The notes under the pieces: generated by a model | The model's database searches: none | Told to the model about the DNA's origin: nothing | What the model saw: the letters and a program-made list of their open reading frames with translations, nothing else | Translations under genes and position numbers: made by a program | NCBI GenBank assembly: GCA_049724395.1 | Contig: JAUGWO010000070.1 | Location: 62,001 to 126,000 of the forward strand | Direction of reading: 5' to 3' | Source: Spongospora subterranea f. sp. subterranea | Lineage: Eukaryota | Length of the DNA: 64,000 nt | In this document: positions 13,131 to 26,210 of the stretch, in pieces | Layout of the letters: every line of letters starts with the position of its first letter | How positions within the stretch are numbered: position 1 is the stretch's first letter

Positions 13131-13943
13131 TTATGATTGGTTGGGAACATGATGATCAGGGCGAACGTATTCCTCGACAGTGATATTGGAGGCGTTGAAC
13201 CCAGATATGAGACTGCGGCCAAGCGGGTCGTCGATAACGATGGAGAAGTTGGATGTCGAGTCGAGCAGGGAACGGAACAGGCTGAGAAACGATTGGAACG
13301 CCTGGTATTGATCGTGATCCTCGGTCGACGACAGGTCTGATGAACCGGAAAGGTCCTGGTATATATTATTGAGGAGTGGGCCCAATTGCGAGAATCGGTT
13401 CCCTAATCGGCCATGTTCAAGCGTCAAACCGATCTCGGGGACGGATAATGAGGCGGTGGACGACTACAAAGGGACACCGGTTAAATTCCAATGACCGTTC
13501 GTAACCCGTGATCAACGTACAATTGCGGCGTCTCGCCTCAGATCAATATCCGATTCGACGGTCAGTTTGACGGAGCGGCCGCGATCGCGGATCGGCCCCG
13601 ATTCGTCGACTTGAACGAGTTTATAGGTGCACAAGCTGCATTGCCATATGAACAGGGATATGTCCAGGAACCCATCCTGTAATGACTTCCCGAGGTACCG
13701 GTCAACGGAACGCGATCTGCATTCGGGGCACGGGTCCTGGGTCGCCTCGATCGCGGCAATCTCGATCAGCAGAGCGACCGAGTTTGTGGGCGCAACGGGC
13801 GATCCGTTATCGCCACCGTCGACAAACACATCGCCACCTCTGGCGTTCTCATCGTTTTCCGACAGTTCCGCCCTGCACATCATCCCGACCTGTTCGCCGA
13901 TTATCGCCATGCGTGGATGGCGCCGGGCGGGCAGACTCGCCAA
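13131..13943 (-). CDS. ZPR1-like zinc finger protein (single ZPR1 module)
   Basis: CPEC...CSLC zinc finger, then SGPIRDRGRSVKLTVESDIDLRR. After an intron come SSTASLSVPEIGLTL and FSIVIDDPLGRSLI. The start is uncertain. Confidence 0.75.
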
Positions 13944-15950
13944 AGAGGGCCGGTTGCCTGCCGCCCGGTTCTCGTTACCAGGCGCGACACCGTCACGGAC
14001 TCCGTGGGCGATGGCGATTCATTGATTGGCGCCGCCACAAATGCCTGCAAGACCGACGTCAAATTCGGAGGGGAAATCCGAGATTGGTCAACGTTGTTGT
14101 CCTTATCGACAATGGTGAAGTTGAGGGCGTTATCAAAGCAATCAGCAGAATATTGTTTGCCCTTTTTTCCCTGATATCGTGATCCATCTCGACACATATA
14201 TAGCTGTGACCAGGGAGGATCTGTCACCCATTGGGTTGGAACTGGTCATTGGGGAGACACTTTAAGGGTTGGTCTGTCCTGGTGTTGATCATGCCAACAA
14301 TATTGACCAATGTCGACAATTCGGGGTTCACTTTTGATCTAATATCGTTTGTGACATCCCATTTCATGATTGTGGTAATCCAATAAAAGGGCTTGCCAAT
14401 GACCGATCAACGTGGTCGGCTATAGCTTCTCTCCCAGAAACCCATCAGGTAAGGACAATTGTCACTCTGTATTTCCGATCGTTTTTCTCCTTTCCTCACT
14501 GTTCTCCACGATCCACTCTTGTGGAATCTTGTCGGAATCACAACACGTCTCGCCGATAGTGAAACAGTTATTCGCCCAATAGTTCAATATCAAGAGGGTC
14601 CTCACAGCCTGTTGATATTGTTCATCACGATTATGGTCAACATCTGTAGGGTCTCACACTGTGTCTCTCTTTCCAATTGTTCTCGCCGGCCTTTCATGTG
14701 CCTGGCTTCCTTGTACGATCGGTCGGTTTATTGTGCACCCAATGGTGCTCTGTCAGTAGTAAACGATCTCCATTAATTCACAATCGCCTTGTTCAATACC
14801 CATTCTGTCTCTAAGAAGTCGCCCTAATCCGTCTCCCACAACCCATCTTGCAGCGCGGCAACGCCCTTTTCTTTCGTCAAACGGCGGCGCCTGTTGGTCC
14901 GGTACGACCGTGGGCCACATCATTTAAAACCGGAATAGACCGATCTACCTGAACAGGTATTTACCAGTCCACTATGATTCAATGGCAATGCATATTGATT
15001 GGGCGATGGGCAATGGCCCCGTTTTCCAGTCGTCACATTATTGGCGTTGTTTGTTGGAACGCTTGTTCCATTACGACAGCATCAATTCCCATATATTGGG
15101 CGATGCGGGGTGACGCCATCGGCCATCTTCATTAGAACAGTGATTGCACAGGTTTGTTGAGGCCGATCGGCCGCTGTCAATGGTTAATCTGGTGGCGTTA
15201 GTTGGCGCTTCAGATACGTGGCGGTGGTCAACCCAGCGACGATCTGGCCAATGCGATACTATAATGATGTAGCTGGCCCGCACCGGCGTTAGGCTTTGAT
15301 CGCTTGTCAATAGACTGGTCAAGGATCGTATCAGCACCAGCAATTATCATTGACCCACTGCGTTGAATTACGCCAATCATAAGGGCGCTTGGATAACGGT
15401 GCACTACTACCGGCAATGCATCTGTATAACAAATACATTCCTCTCGTAGACGTTCAAAGTGAACCGTTCTACTGCTACTTTGAGCAATGGGTCATGAACT
15501 AACCGATCAATTGTTGTTTTTCCATGATCAAAACAGGACGATGGGCAAAATGTAGAGCTTGTAATATTATGTTGAGCGCAAGATTGTAGCAGGGAACCTG
15601 GCGATACGATATCCGCCAAGGAGGACGTTGACTAGCTGTAACCCAACGAAACGGTTCCCGTCGTAACCTGGTCGGTCGTCGCCCTGATGCCGTTTCCTGC
15701 GTCAAGATGTCGGGATGATTGTCTATGGTGCTATCTACGACACCGCTGGTTATTGTTGCCTGCATTCAATTCAGGCACTATCAAAGGAATGTCGATCAGG
15801 AACCGAGATGACGAGAAGAGGTTCCAAATTCGTTCAGGATCTACGAAACAGGTCAAGTTTTCATCGGTCTTGAAATGAAAAATAAAGTAGAGCGATAAGT
15901 TGGTGAATGATCAATATATGAGTGATTTTAACGCCACAACTGCGCTATGT

Positions 15951-16884
15951 TTAGTCAAAAAGACTGAAATCTCCCTCATCATCGTCCTCGGATTCCTCTT
16001 CAGCAGGAGCGGCTTCCTCAACCTTGGCTTCGGCGACTGGGGCGGCGGCAACCTTGAACGCATCAGGGTTGGCCAGATACTCCTTGAACTTGGTGGCCTC
16101 CTTGAAGTCGAAATTGGTGGAGACGGCGATGGCCAAGCAGCTCTTGAAGGCCAGGGCAACAGAGTGGGGAATGGAGGCGGCGGTCGGGATGCCGACTTGC
16201 AAGGAGACGGCGGCCACAACGGAGACGGCCATGTTGAACTTGCTGATCAGATGGGCCTCGGACAGGTCGAGAATCTCGGACGAGTAAACGGAGCCGGAAT
16301 CGTAGATCTGGGTGATGACCAGACCGTACGAGAACGGGCGGATGTTGAGCTTGTTCAACAAGGCGACTTCGGAGTTGCCGACCTTGTCGCCCTTCTTCAC
16401 CAGGTGCACCACGTTCGTGATCTCGATACAACTCTTGACGATCTTGGTGGGGATGTTCAGGGCCTGGAAGAACGAGGTCTGGCCGGGATCACAGCCGGTC
16501 GGCCCAGCCGGGATGAACACGTCGATCGGGGCGACGACACCGGGACGAGCGGCGGCGGGCATCTGGTTCGACAGGACGATATCGCGGATCTCCTTCAGAT
16601 CGCAGTTCGTGAACACCAACCCGATGTTGGATTGGATGAAGGGCAGGAGCGCCTCGAGTTTCGGGTTCTGGACCATGACCTCACGAATAACGCGACGCAT
16701 CATGGTGTTCTTTCCCATGAGGATCGACGCCTTTCCGCGAAGGTCGATACGGATCTGCTGGAGCTGGTTCGACCCCAACATGGTCGGCGTGCACCACGAG
16801 GATGTTCTTGTGGTCATTGAGGTATGATGCGAGGCGTTCACAGAATTCGACCTTGCGCTCGGAATAGACACGTTCAGCGTTCAT
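15951..16884 (-). CDS. RPLP0: 60S acidic ribosomal protein P0 (uL10); single extra G breaks the frame at ~16773-16776
   Basis: [14 protein letters not shown]...VHADHVG continues in another frame as [30 protein letters not shown]...[21 protein letters not shown]...[16 protein letters not shown]. No intron was seen, and third positions are strongly GC-biased. Confidence 0.97.
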
Positions 16885-17422
16885 GATGATATAGAAGGGA
16901 TCTGGGCCTGAACAGTACCGGCTGTGTTGGACACTTTAAACCGATAACGGTGGCTAGTCAGTCAGAGTTTCAGAAATGAGCACACTCATAATCAGCCAAG
17001 CGCTGGTGCCGTGGCGGACTGCGTGGCTGGTGCTAATGGCGTTTTAGGGCCGCGCCCCATATCAACATGTTACTGACTGTAGGTGGATAAGTCGGTCAGG
17101 GACTCAGGGCGCAATCGTCGGACAACATGGCAATCTCGCCGATATCGGATCGATTAATTGGATAAAGTTATCGCCGTATAAATCCGATCTATCGTCGCTG
17201 TCGATTCGACGACGCGATGGAGAATTTGCAGTACCAATGTTCGATTGCGGAATTGGACTTTTGTTGGTGGTGGTGATAGCGGATACGTAATCAATGATAT
17301 CAGTGACTCTGAACAAAACCATGGGGCTTTAGTATTTTCGGATTAAATGGATAATCGCTCGCCAAGGCGTTCCTTTCAGCCGCAAACGGGCCGTCAATAT
17401 ATCAATCAATTGTTTATATTTC

Positions 17423-20400
17423 CTATAAATAGTAGTCTGGTGCACTATTCGTGGTTGATAGCAGCAGCGTATGTGGTGAATCCAGCTTATTGCCAGGAAC
17501 TTTTCTGGGTGACACTTCATTGATGACAATGGGAGCGCGGCTGTTGAGATTGGCCACCCATATCTGGTTCATACGCGTGTCAAATAGTCGCTGAACATGT
17601 GGAGGAGTGCGTTTTTGGATTTCTTTCATCTTTCGCATGCACGATTCATCTAATCCTCGAACGCGACTAGATAGAATGAGCTGTTTTCGTAAATGTTTCA
17701 GGACATTTCGTCTTGAAGTTGTTAGCCCAGCGAACCATGGAAACGCGGACCACTTTGTTCTAGCGATATGGTGTTCAAGTACAACGAGAATTGAGGCGGC
17801 ATGGACAGAGAATTTATCGGGACTTCGCCGCAGGTATGCCACTAGCTCCGTGCATGTTGGGAAAAGTAAACTCTTCGATTTGAACTCGTATTTGACCTGT
17901 TGAATTATAGACCTAAAAACTGGATCTCAGTAATGCTGATGTGACCGAAAATTTGCCCTTTACAGATGAATCAAATCGCGAAGGCCTATCGTGAGAGTCT
18001 TCGTACCCGACAGATCGCAGTCACAAATGATAGCTAGATCATCGCCGCTGTTCCGATCCAAAAGCATGAGCTTATGGACCGACGACATGGTCGCCAGTAA
18101 AGCAAACAATGCTATAACAAATGGCGAATACCATGGAACCACTGTTGGTGTTGTAGTCCCGCCTTGACCATTGACTGCTGCCTGGTGAAGGTAGATGATC
18201 GAGTCAATTATTATAACGCGTGCAGACCTCGGCACGATGCACTGAAATATTTGTAAATGCTCCTTTGGACTGTTGAGACCGTTTGCAGTTTCTCGAGTGA
18301 CAACAGCACGATGCCGGTATTGTGGGTTCCGACGATGGGCGGACGAACACTTTTTATCAGCGCGATGTTGCCAGCGGGATTCCTGAGACCTTATTCGTTG
18401 TGACCTCACAAATTTTGATGATGGAGACACGGTTTTGGAGCGGGTTAGAACAGGAACTCCTTCAAAATCAAACAACGCCTATACTCGAAATAAGCTCAAC
18501 CTTGAAGAAAACAAACCGCTGCACAACTTTGTCCACATCTTTTGTTCCGAAGCAAAGCAGTCCCGCATTAGATTGCTGCAAATGAGTAGTTATGTCTGAC
18601 AGCGATAATATTGATGATAGATCGCCCTTCAGTTGCGGAATGACGATATACTGGATATGGCCGATCCATGATGTGTTAGAGCCTGAAAGTCCCCCATATC
18701 TTTCAGTATCCCAGATAGTTGCATTTAGGCCTAACCGCTCAAGCAGCCCATTCCTTTAACGAACAAAATCAGTAATCAGATTGATACAAAGACAATAACG
18801 GCAAAACTTTACCATTGAAAATATTCAGACCGTGAGAACGTCGATGATGTGACCAAAACTGTGTTGAAATTTGACAAGGTATCGAACCTCGGTACTGATC
18901 GTATGTTGTGGTGCATCTCCTCAATTTGCTTTCCTCGCAGCAGCAGCATTGCGGACCACGAGCATTCGGTAAATAGTACAAACGCGCCATATGTGATGAC
19001 ATCTTCACATTCATTTTGATGTCGCAAGGTGTCATTGCACCAGCTAAAAACAAAAATTCCTTTGGCAATGTGATGTCAGCGATCCCATTGGACAAACCGT
19101 GAATGATTCGAAAGCGAGCGAAATGTGGATTAACGAGGTCATAATCATCATTTAGCTCCTTATGCATGAATAAGCCAGAACCTAACTGAACATGAACCTA
19201 AAATATGTGCTTACTTAGCATTTTGTCTAAGAAACGCCCATTTCGAAAATTACCTCAAGATCATTATGGAACTGGCGTCCATATGATTTTGGGCTAATGT
19301 TGTTGATGCGAAGATGAATGAGGCCATTTTCGTCCAGAGCCAATACTTTTGAATAGGAAACAACCTCAAGGCGAATAGGGAAGCGGATGTTGATTTTCAA
19401 GGGAGAGATTACAAACGGAGAAAATGGCATTCCGCGTAATGAGAGGACCGGGGTGATCCCGACACTTTTAGAATAGTGGTCGTTCGGCAAACAATCGTTC
19501 TCAGAAATTGGCGGGAGCGTGAAATGAGCGGCGTCATGAATAGCGTAATCAGAATAGGGAGGTACTGGAGGTATTGAAATGCAACCGCTAAGCGGACGAC
19601 ATTGGTCGGTACTATACGACAATGTGCACGCTATAAGGCATAGTCAGATAAAGCAGAGATGGTGAGACATGATTACCTGGAAGCGTTATTGACCCGTTGT
19701 TGCGAATCTGCAAGGATTTAATCTGAAACTGTGATCCAGGCTGGAAAATGCCGTCATCATCATCTAGAAACCGACTTGAAAAACAAGAATCAACTTGATC
19801 CGCCAATTTACCATCTTGGAATTCATAAAAGGATACAGTTGGATGATATAATTTGGGCCCTGTCTCCAAAACCCGTCCGTTCCTTTCGACAACCTTATAA
19901 ATAACGGATCCGTCACGGCCGTTTTCACCATTAGCAGCAGGATTGCCTTTAAGTCCAGGGCGGCCATCTGGGTACCAGCTAGACCTGAAGAAAAACGGCG
20001 ACGGTTTCCGCCCTCCTCGCCCCCCGCATCCTCCATTACCTGATATATAATGATAATGAGGCGATTGTCCTAATGGGGACTGATAATGTAGTCAGAGGGG
20101 GTTACACGACCTGGCTGACCCCTGATACCGCCTCTACCGCCAGACACGTTAATATCCAGTACCTGACGACACACAGGGGCCCAGTCAGCTATGGGTTACC
20201 ATCAACCAGGGACAACCACACCAGGGGACCATCAGGACCCATGGCGACACAGCACATTACCATCAATAGGCTAGGGTCGCTGGACGAAACCACTAAATCG
20301 GCACCATGGCCGCCGTTTCCTCCACACCCTGCGTTGCCACCGTTCCCCCCATCACCCCCTGCCGATCCTGGCGCCTTTGAGTTCGGATCATAGTCCAGGC

Positions 20401-20898
20401 CGTTACCCTAATATAGATCACATTATCTGTACTGCACCTGATCCATTGTGCGATGATGATTACGCCATCCCCTCCATGGCCGCCGTTGTGCCCGTTCAAT
20501 CCAGTCGCCTTCACCATGACACGCCCATTTCCGACATGCTCATTGATACGATGGCGTTCCACTTCGGCGAACCCGTTGATATACTTGTTGACCTTCATCA
20601 CGATAGCGCCATCGCTATCTCTGTCGAGCATGATCGACATCGATGGTGCATCATATCCTGGCAATCCATCGATTCCGTCTCCGCCGTCGTCCCCATGTCC
20701 TCCGGTTCCGACCTGATCGCCTCCCGGTTGCCCTGACGCCCCGTGTGGCGACCTGATCTGCTGCCCCGGCCCGTGTTCGGGGCACAGATCGATGACGACA
20801 CCCCGATCGGTATCCCGATTCCGAACAGGAGGATGTGTGTAAGGCGACACCGCTATAAAATCCCGATTGTCGCCAATAATCGCTGCATTCATACACAC
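17423..20898 (-). CDS. Large multi-exon hypothetical protein with Gly-rich (GxxG) N-terminal region
   Basis: A chain of minus-strand ORFs (20293-20898, 19612-19869, 19227-19622, 18769-19167, 17960-18475, 17423-17842) with repeated GxxGxxG runs and a DDDDGIFQPG..I..LQIRNNGSITLP motif. The ends and a single-gene structure are uncertain. Confidence 0.5.
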
Positions 20899-20967
20899 CC
20901 GATATCGAAGAGGGTATCTCCCGACAAAGTCAAATCGTCCACGAGAGAATGGTCGATATCGTTCTGA

Positions 20968-23606
20968 TCAAGTTGTATACCACAACCAGTCCCTATGATA
21001 GACAGCAGGTGGTGTGTCCCACCCCACCAAAGCCCTCAAATCGCCCTCTCGCGTAATTGTGCTAACGAAGGTCAAGGCGCAATTCGGGGGTCGGATCGCT
21101 GGGTCGTGATCAATGAAAGATGTCGCATTGTCGAAACCAGGACAGTTTATGATGGGGGAGGAATGCTGTCTCGGGATTCCTCCCTCTTTGGCTCGGGTCT
21201 GGAAATCAACGAGTGAATCTGGTTGAGTCAATGAGCAACCGTTCTGTCCACACGTTGGCGAACGAACCTTGGCGATATCAGAGGTCAACTTTGCCAATGC
21301 TGCTTGCACGTCAAACGGTTCTTGAGAACGCCCTGATTCATCGGAAACGCTTCCGCTTCTAGGACAGTTATACTTTGCACTGCAGTGGGTCAGTGACAAA
21401 CGGATCCCAGATGCAAGACATTCGACGTACACGTCCTGAAGATGGCGTAGTTTCACTTTCGCTCGGTTGGTTAATAGCTCCAAGCATTCTTCATCGTCAT
21501 TGACGGCTTCCTGAAGGGCCTTATAGGACACATACAATAACTGGCATTGCGTCTTGCTCCTGTCGAGAACGCGTTGTTGTTCAATATTCGCTAATAACAC
21601 ATTCACCAAACCCGATATACTTATAACTGCAAGGCCACGTCATTGTTTTGCTAAGGAACAGGCTGATTTCACCGAAAGAATAGCCTGGAAAACAGCCAGA
21701 TTGAGCTGAGTAACTGTTGTCAATATTGACCCGCCACCTTGCCTTGTGAAAAGAAACCTACACCCTCACCCGACTTGGCGATTTGTTGGACCGTTCCTTT
21801 AGCGACGACGTATAGCCCTAACAGATAGGGTCAATCGCAGTTCAATGAGACGGTACATCCTGAACACCTTTGCAGACCTCCCCTTCTTTGGCGATCATCT
21901 GGTTGCGAACAACGTAGAACGGGCTAATGTTTGCGACCAACTTATAATGAACATCACTGTGGGAACTTTCCAGATTCGCGAACGTTCGAGACATTCTGAG
22001 GTTCGCCTGAAATCGCTCCCACATTAGCAGGTACCGAACATCCACAGGCAGCTCATTTCTGATGGTTTCCCAATCCTCCAGAAGCGGCGCTCTACGCCAC
22101 TGGCTGATAGATTCGGGATATAAAACAAAACCGTTCGCATGAAATAGGTCCAGAGATCACCTGGACATCTGTTGAAGAACACGTTGTTGTAGGCCCTTAC
22201 TGATACCCATCGTCCGACAGAAAGACAGTAAGGCCGCCATCCGGCTTCGGAACCGGCGACCATCTTTGTCGTAATCATAAAGCAGGGAGGTCACGTTGGC
22301 CTTTGGTGGAAAAACAGACATGATCATTGAACAGCATTTGCACGCAAGGAAACACCATTTACCATCGTATCTGAGTTAAACACATAAACAACAAGGGCCA
22401 TGGCAAGTTGTGAAGAAATTGGGCAATCTTACACGAAAACATGATGACCCCGATCAGAAACAACATCATGGCGAACACTATTTCTGGACGCGTTCTTGGC
22501 GTTATATCCCCTTGGGCACCATTAAAGAGGGGGTCATCGCAATACGTGAACGAATGTACAGACCGTACCCAACGGTCGTCAGCGTTGTGAACGCAAAGTA
22601 GAGGCAGACGACATATCGCTCGAGCAAGTTCTGATCGGACACAAGATTATCTTGAGACCAGACACGAGATATCCAGCTATTTGGGTTGCGAATATACGCC
22701 CGGCCAATAAAATACCATAAACATGCCGACAGATGGCCAACCAGGAAAACGGTAAAACAGAGCTTGATTAGCCGCATTATTCCAGGATGAATTTGCGTGT
22801 TGAATTCGGCTTTCATAATCTTTCCCGATAGCCTGAAAGCTTTGAAAGCCTGAGGTTGATTGTGTTAGGCGGGTTGTGTACAACAAACAGCTATTGAAGG
22901 GGTATCAATACTTTGAAGAGACGAGTTAACCTCAGAAAGTTTACTGGCAGGAATATACCTAAAGGGACAACGATAAGGTTCCGGGGCCGGGATTTGGACC
23001 TCGACGGCGCAAACCGTCTGTTTGGTTAACATGCAGCTCAATCGCCAAAGATATATACGAATACGGAATTCCCGATATAACGTCAACCGCGAACCATCCC
23101 TGAAGATAGTAGAGCAGCGACCTTGATCGTGGCAGAATGATTTCTCCAAGGGAACTGGTGTGAATGGCCAGACACTGCACAGCAATGTCGACCAGGAATA
23201 TCGTGTCGGCCACGATATTGTCGATCGGAACAGGGTACATGGGAAGGAATGCTTGTGAATACATCAGTGAATAGCAGCAGGGCATTTCCAGTGATCATTG
23301 CCTCACCGAATTGAAATGGGATTACTGTAATTGAATACAGGACGCTGATCATCATAACCACATCCCATACCTGTTTCGCAGCACATTGAGTGTTCCGCAA
23401 AATGCTTCTCCCAATTGTTTGTTTCCCACATGCCGGGCCGACGAATCGGGCAATAAAAATCGAGTCGCCGCAACGTCAGATTCGACTTTAGCTGCGTTAT
23501 CATCGCAATTACTGAGTCGTCGGTCAGCATTGATTGGTTTCTCCGCCGGATCCGCAAGGTCAACGCGATGCTCTCCAACATCGACAGCATCCGATTTCGA
23601 TGGCAT
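20968..23606 (-). CDS. Voltage-gated/cyclic-nucleotide-binding-domain K+ channel (KCNH/HCN/Shaker-CNBD-like)
   Basis: Transmembrane segments (VWDVVMMISVLYS; YYLQGWFAVDVISGIPY; FLVGHLSACLWYFIG), the pore YFAFTTLTTVGYG|DITP split by an intron, and a CNBD-like region (TFANLESS...LVANISPFYVVRNQMIAKEGEV). Confidence 0.88.
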
Positions 23607-23830
23607 ATCAGAACCGAATGGCGCCGCCCTTAGGTCAAGTGAAACAATTATATGACGTAGCCCAATAATACACCAATAACGTTAAATCGTGGACGCGCCA
23701 TCAAGACAGTGGAGTAGCGCCATACTGCAGGGCCCACCGACGTTTTAGATTGCAACTTAAGGTCGCTCAAACGACCGACGGCTGGTCGTATTTCAGAGAA
23801 TGAAGTGTGGCCATGCGATGGTTATAACAG

Positions 23831-24441
23831 TTATTTATTGTCTGGTCTGCCTCTGCCACCTCGCGGGCCTCCACGACCGCCCCGGCCTCGGCCACGACCT
23901 CCTCGCCCACCACGGTCGGAACTGCCTCCTCCTCGCCCTCCTCGCATCGCTCGTAAATCACTAGATCGGCGTTATGGTTCGGGTTGAGATAGGAAAACGG
24001 GCATTCGAGAAAGCCATACCGCTCGGTTTCGACAACCTTATCAATAGTCGTTTCGGGGATACGAAGGTATTTGATGTTATTTCCTCGAATATAAACAGCA
24101 GACATTCGCCAAAATCTGTCACAATCCTTGGATAAAGTCAGTACACGGTAGACGGTCCATAGGATATAAAAATACTAACCCGGCTAGTGCGAACAATATC
24201 TTTTAGGTTTAGATTCATCCAGCTATCGATATTGACGAGCCGACCATTATAAGTTTCACCATTCTTTAATTCTACGAGCTAAGAAAAATGAAACCATCAA
24301 TAACAATAATTTCGCATCGGTATAGATACAGATTAGGTCGCACCATTGGACTGCCTTGGGCGGCACGAAGTAAGGAAAGAGGAAGCTAAGGAACCGTGTT
24401 AGCACGTGATATTACCAGCGAAAATACCAGGGGCGCACCAT
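23831..24441 (-). CDS. LSM4: U6 snRNA-associated Sm-like protein LSm4
   Basis: [40 protein letters not shown]...|[21 protein letters not shown], followed by an RGG-rich tail ending at the stop 23831-23833. Confidence 0.95.
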
Positions 24442-25299
24442 AACGCCGTTCGAGAAACCGACGTCGTTCAGCAGGAAACCAACGTTGGTGGACCTGGTTC
24501 AGTTGGCCAATGGCCAATACTCGAAAAGTGGAATCGGGATGAACGTTGATATGAGGCCAACAGACGGCTCGGCCTCCTTCAGTGCCGCACACCCCCAAAC
24601 TGGTGTCTGAACTGTGTTCACCTATGTGAACACATCCAGACTGTGCCATCGATAATGTCCTGATCGCGAGCACTGTGTCAAAAGGGTTAAGCGATCCGTC
24701 CAGGCAATGTGTGTCGGTTAGGCGATCATGCCATATCCTCGAACCGAAACACAAGTTGCTTCACAACAACGTGAACTGCAGTGGCGAATCGACCATTCGA
24801 GTGTCGGATTGAACTCGAGGATATCTACATTTTCAGCAGTGAAATGCGAGGAAATAGTTGGGGCCAATGACTACGCAGATGGAGACATAATAACCAAATT
24901 CTATCGCTATTTGGGGGGTCTGTTCTTGATCAAACTAGAAACTCGATTATCTTTGCAATCGGTAGTTTATTTTGATGTCGAATGCCGTATCCAGAGTACG
25001 CGCTGTGGCTCCAGAGAAGTTACTCACGATCAATCAAGTGTCCCAACAAAAAGCGCATACCTAGAACCAACTAATCGGTTCCGTATCGATTACAGAGAAG
25101 GAATCTGTGCATAGACACCGGTGTCTGCTGATTCAGGCATGCGCTTTTGAGAGCCAATTTCGCACTCGTTCCAAATTCCAATTGCATTCGCCATGTTAAG
25201 CAATCTTTCAAGATTCTTCAAAAACACATTGTCTGTTTTCGGATCACACCTTTGCCGCAAGAAGTGTTTTCGCGACACCATTGATAAGACGACGGTTTC

Positions 25300-25767
25300 T
25301 CACCCGAGTGTTGAACCACCGTGCTAGACACCTCAACAACGTTCGCCTCTTCCTCATATCAGAACTCAGCGCGACGTATAGATTGCGTTGTGCAGCTTTG
25401 ATGTCGCTGGCAGTGAAAACCGGTAGGTCACCGGATCGATCATTTCTGTGATGGAATGAGGGCGCAATATTCGATTGCTCAATTCAGCACTGGGGCGGTT
25501 AGTAGCGCTACCGGTCGAGTTTAGCCAAACATTATCCCCTAAAGCGTAGGAGGGCTGGGGCAGTCGCTTTTTATCGGGAAAATACTTCAGGCGAACATCG
25601 TTGAGGTGCTTAGCATGATCGTCGGCTCGGAGGTGAGTCACAATGGAACAGGTATAATCTCGTTGACAGCATACACTGCATAGAATGGCGTCATCTCGTG
25701 GCGGAGTGTTCGCCATTGTTGTAAGCGAATTCGGCCATGGGTAAAGAATAAACATCCATATTGACAA
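25300..25767 (-). mobile_element. Degenerate Ty3/gypsy (Tf2-like) retrotransposon remnant, integrase C-terminal SH3-like region
   Basis: YALGDNVWLNST...RPSAELSNRILRPHSITEMIDPVTYRFSLPATSKLHNAIYTS matches the decayed G-D-x-V-W-L...K-L...GPF-x-I...Y-x-L-x-LP...H-x-VFHVS pattern. Confidence 0.75.
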
Positions 25768-25945
25768 AGGGGAGCAATCTTATCAAACTTTGGGGACACA
25801 GAAAGCAATTTCCTGGGCGTTCATATATCCAGTCATATCTTGGATATCGATTAGGAACGTTGCATGTATTTTGTGTAGAAAACTGTTGGCCAATTGCTGC
25901 TTCATGTTTTGGGCGGTGTGCCAGTGCTGCTGATCAGCCCTGGCA
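25765..25945 (+). pseudogene. Truncated paralogous fragment of the adjacent AlkZ-like gene
   Basis: Direct similarity to ~26477-26625: cttatcaaactttggggaca, gattaggaacgttgcatgtattttgt and ttggccaattg.tgcttcat. It reads KGSNLIKLWGHR / GTLHVFC..WPIAAS with the intervening intron-like segment retained. Confidence 0.75.
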
Positions 25946-26210
25946 TTCCCTTTCTCTTTGTGCTTGTCCACCGCCCTGGCTACGGAAGGTCCTAGGCCAT
26001 CACACACCGTGAAGGGGAGTCGGTTACTGCCTTGGACACGACGCTGGCACCAGTTACACGTTGCCATTCCCCATCGGATAAGGCACGTGCGAGGAGGTGG
26101 TGACTTGGCCTCCTGCAGTCGCCAAAGCTGTATGAACATATTCAGTTACTAATAATCATTGTCAATGATGATCGGTTCAGTTATTGTTATTGTCAGAGGC
26201 GAATTAGGAT

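Noticed and set aside
14200..15880. Short ORFs between the ZPR1-like gene and RPLP0
   Set aside because: No coherent model or motif was found; unrecognised small genes cannot be excluded.
15900..16827. Long plus-strand ORFs (306 and 171 aa) opposite RPLP0
   Set aside because: These are antisense shadows caused by the strong codon bias of RPLP0; they have no recognisable motifs.
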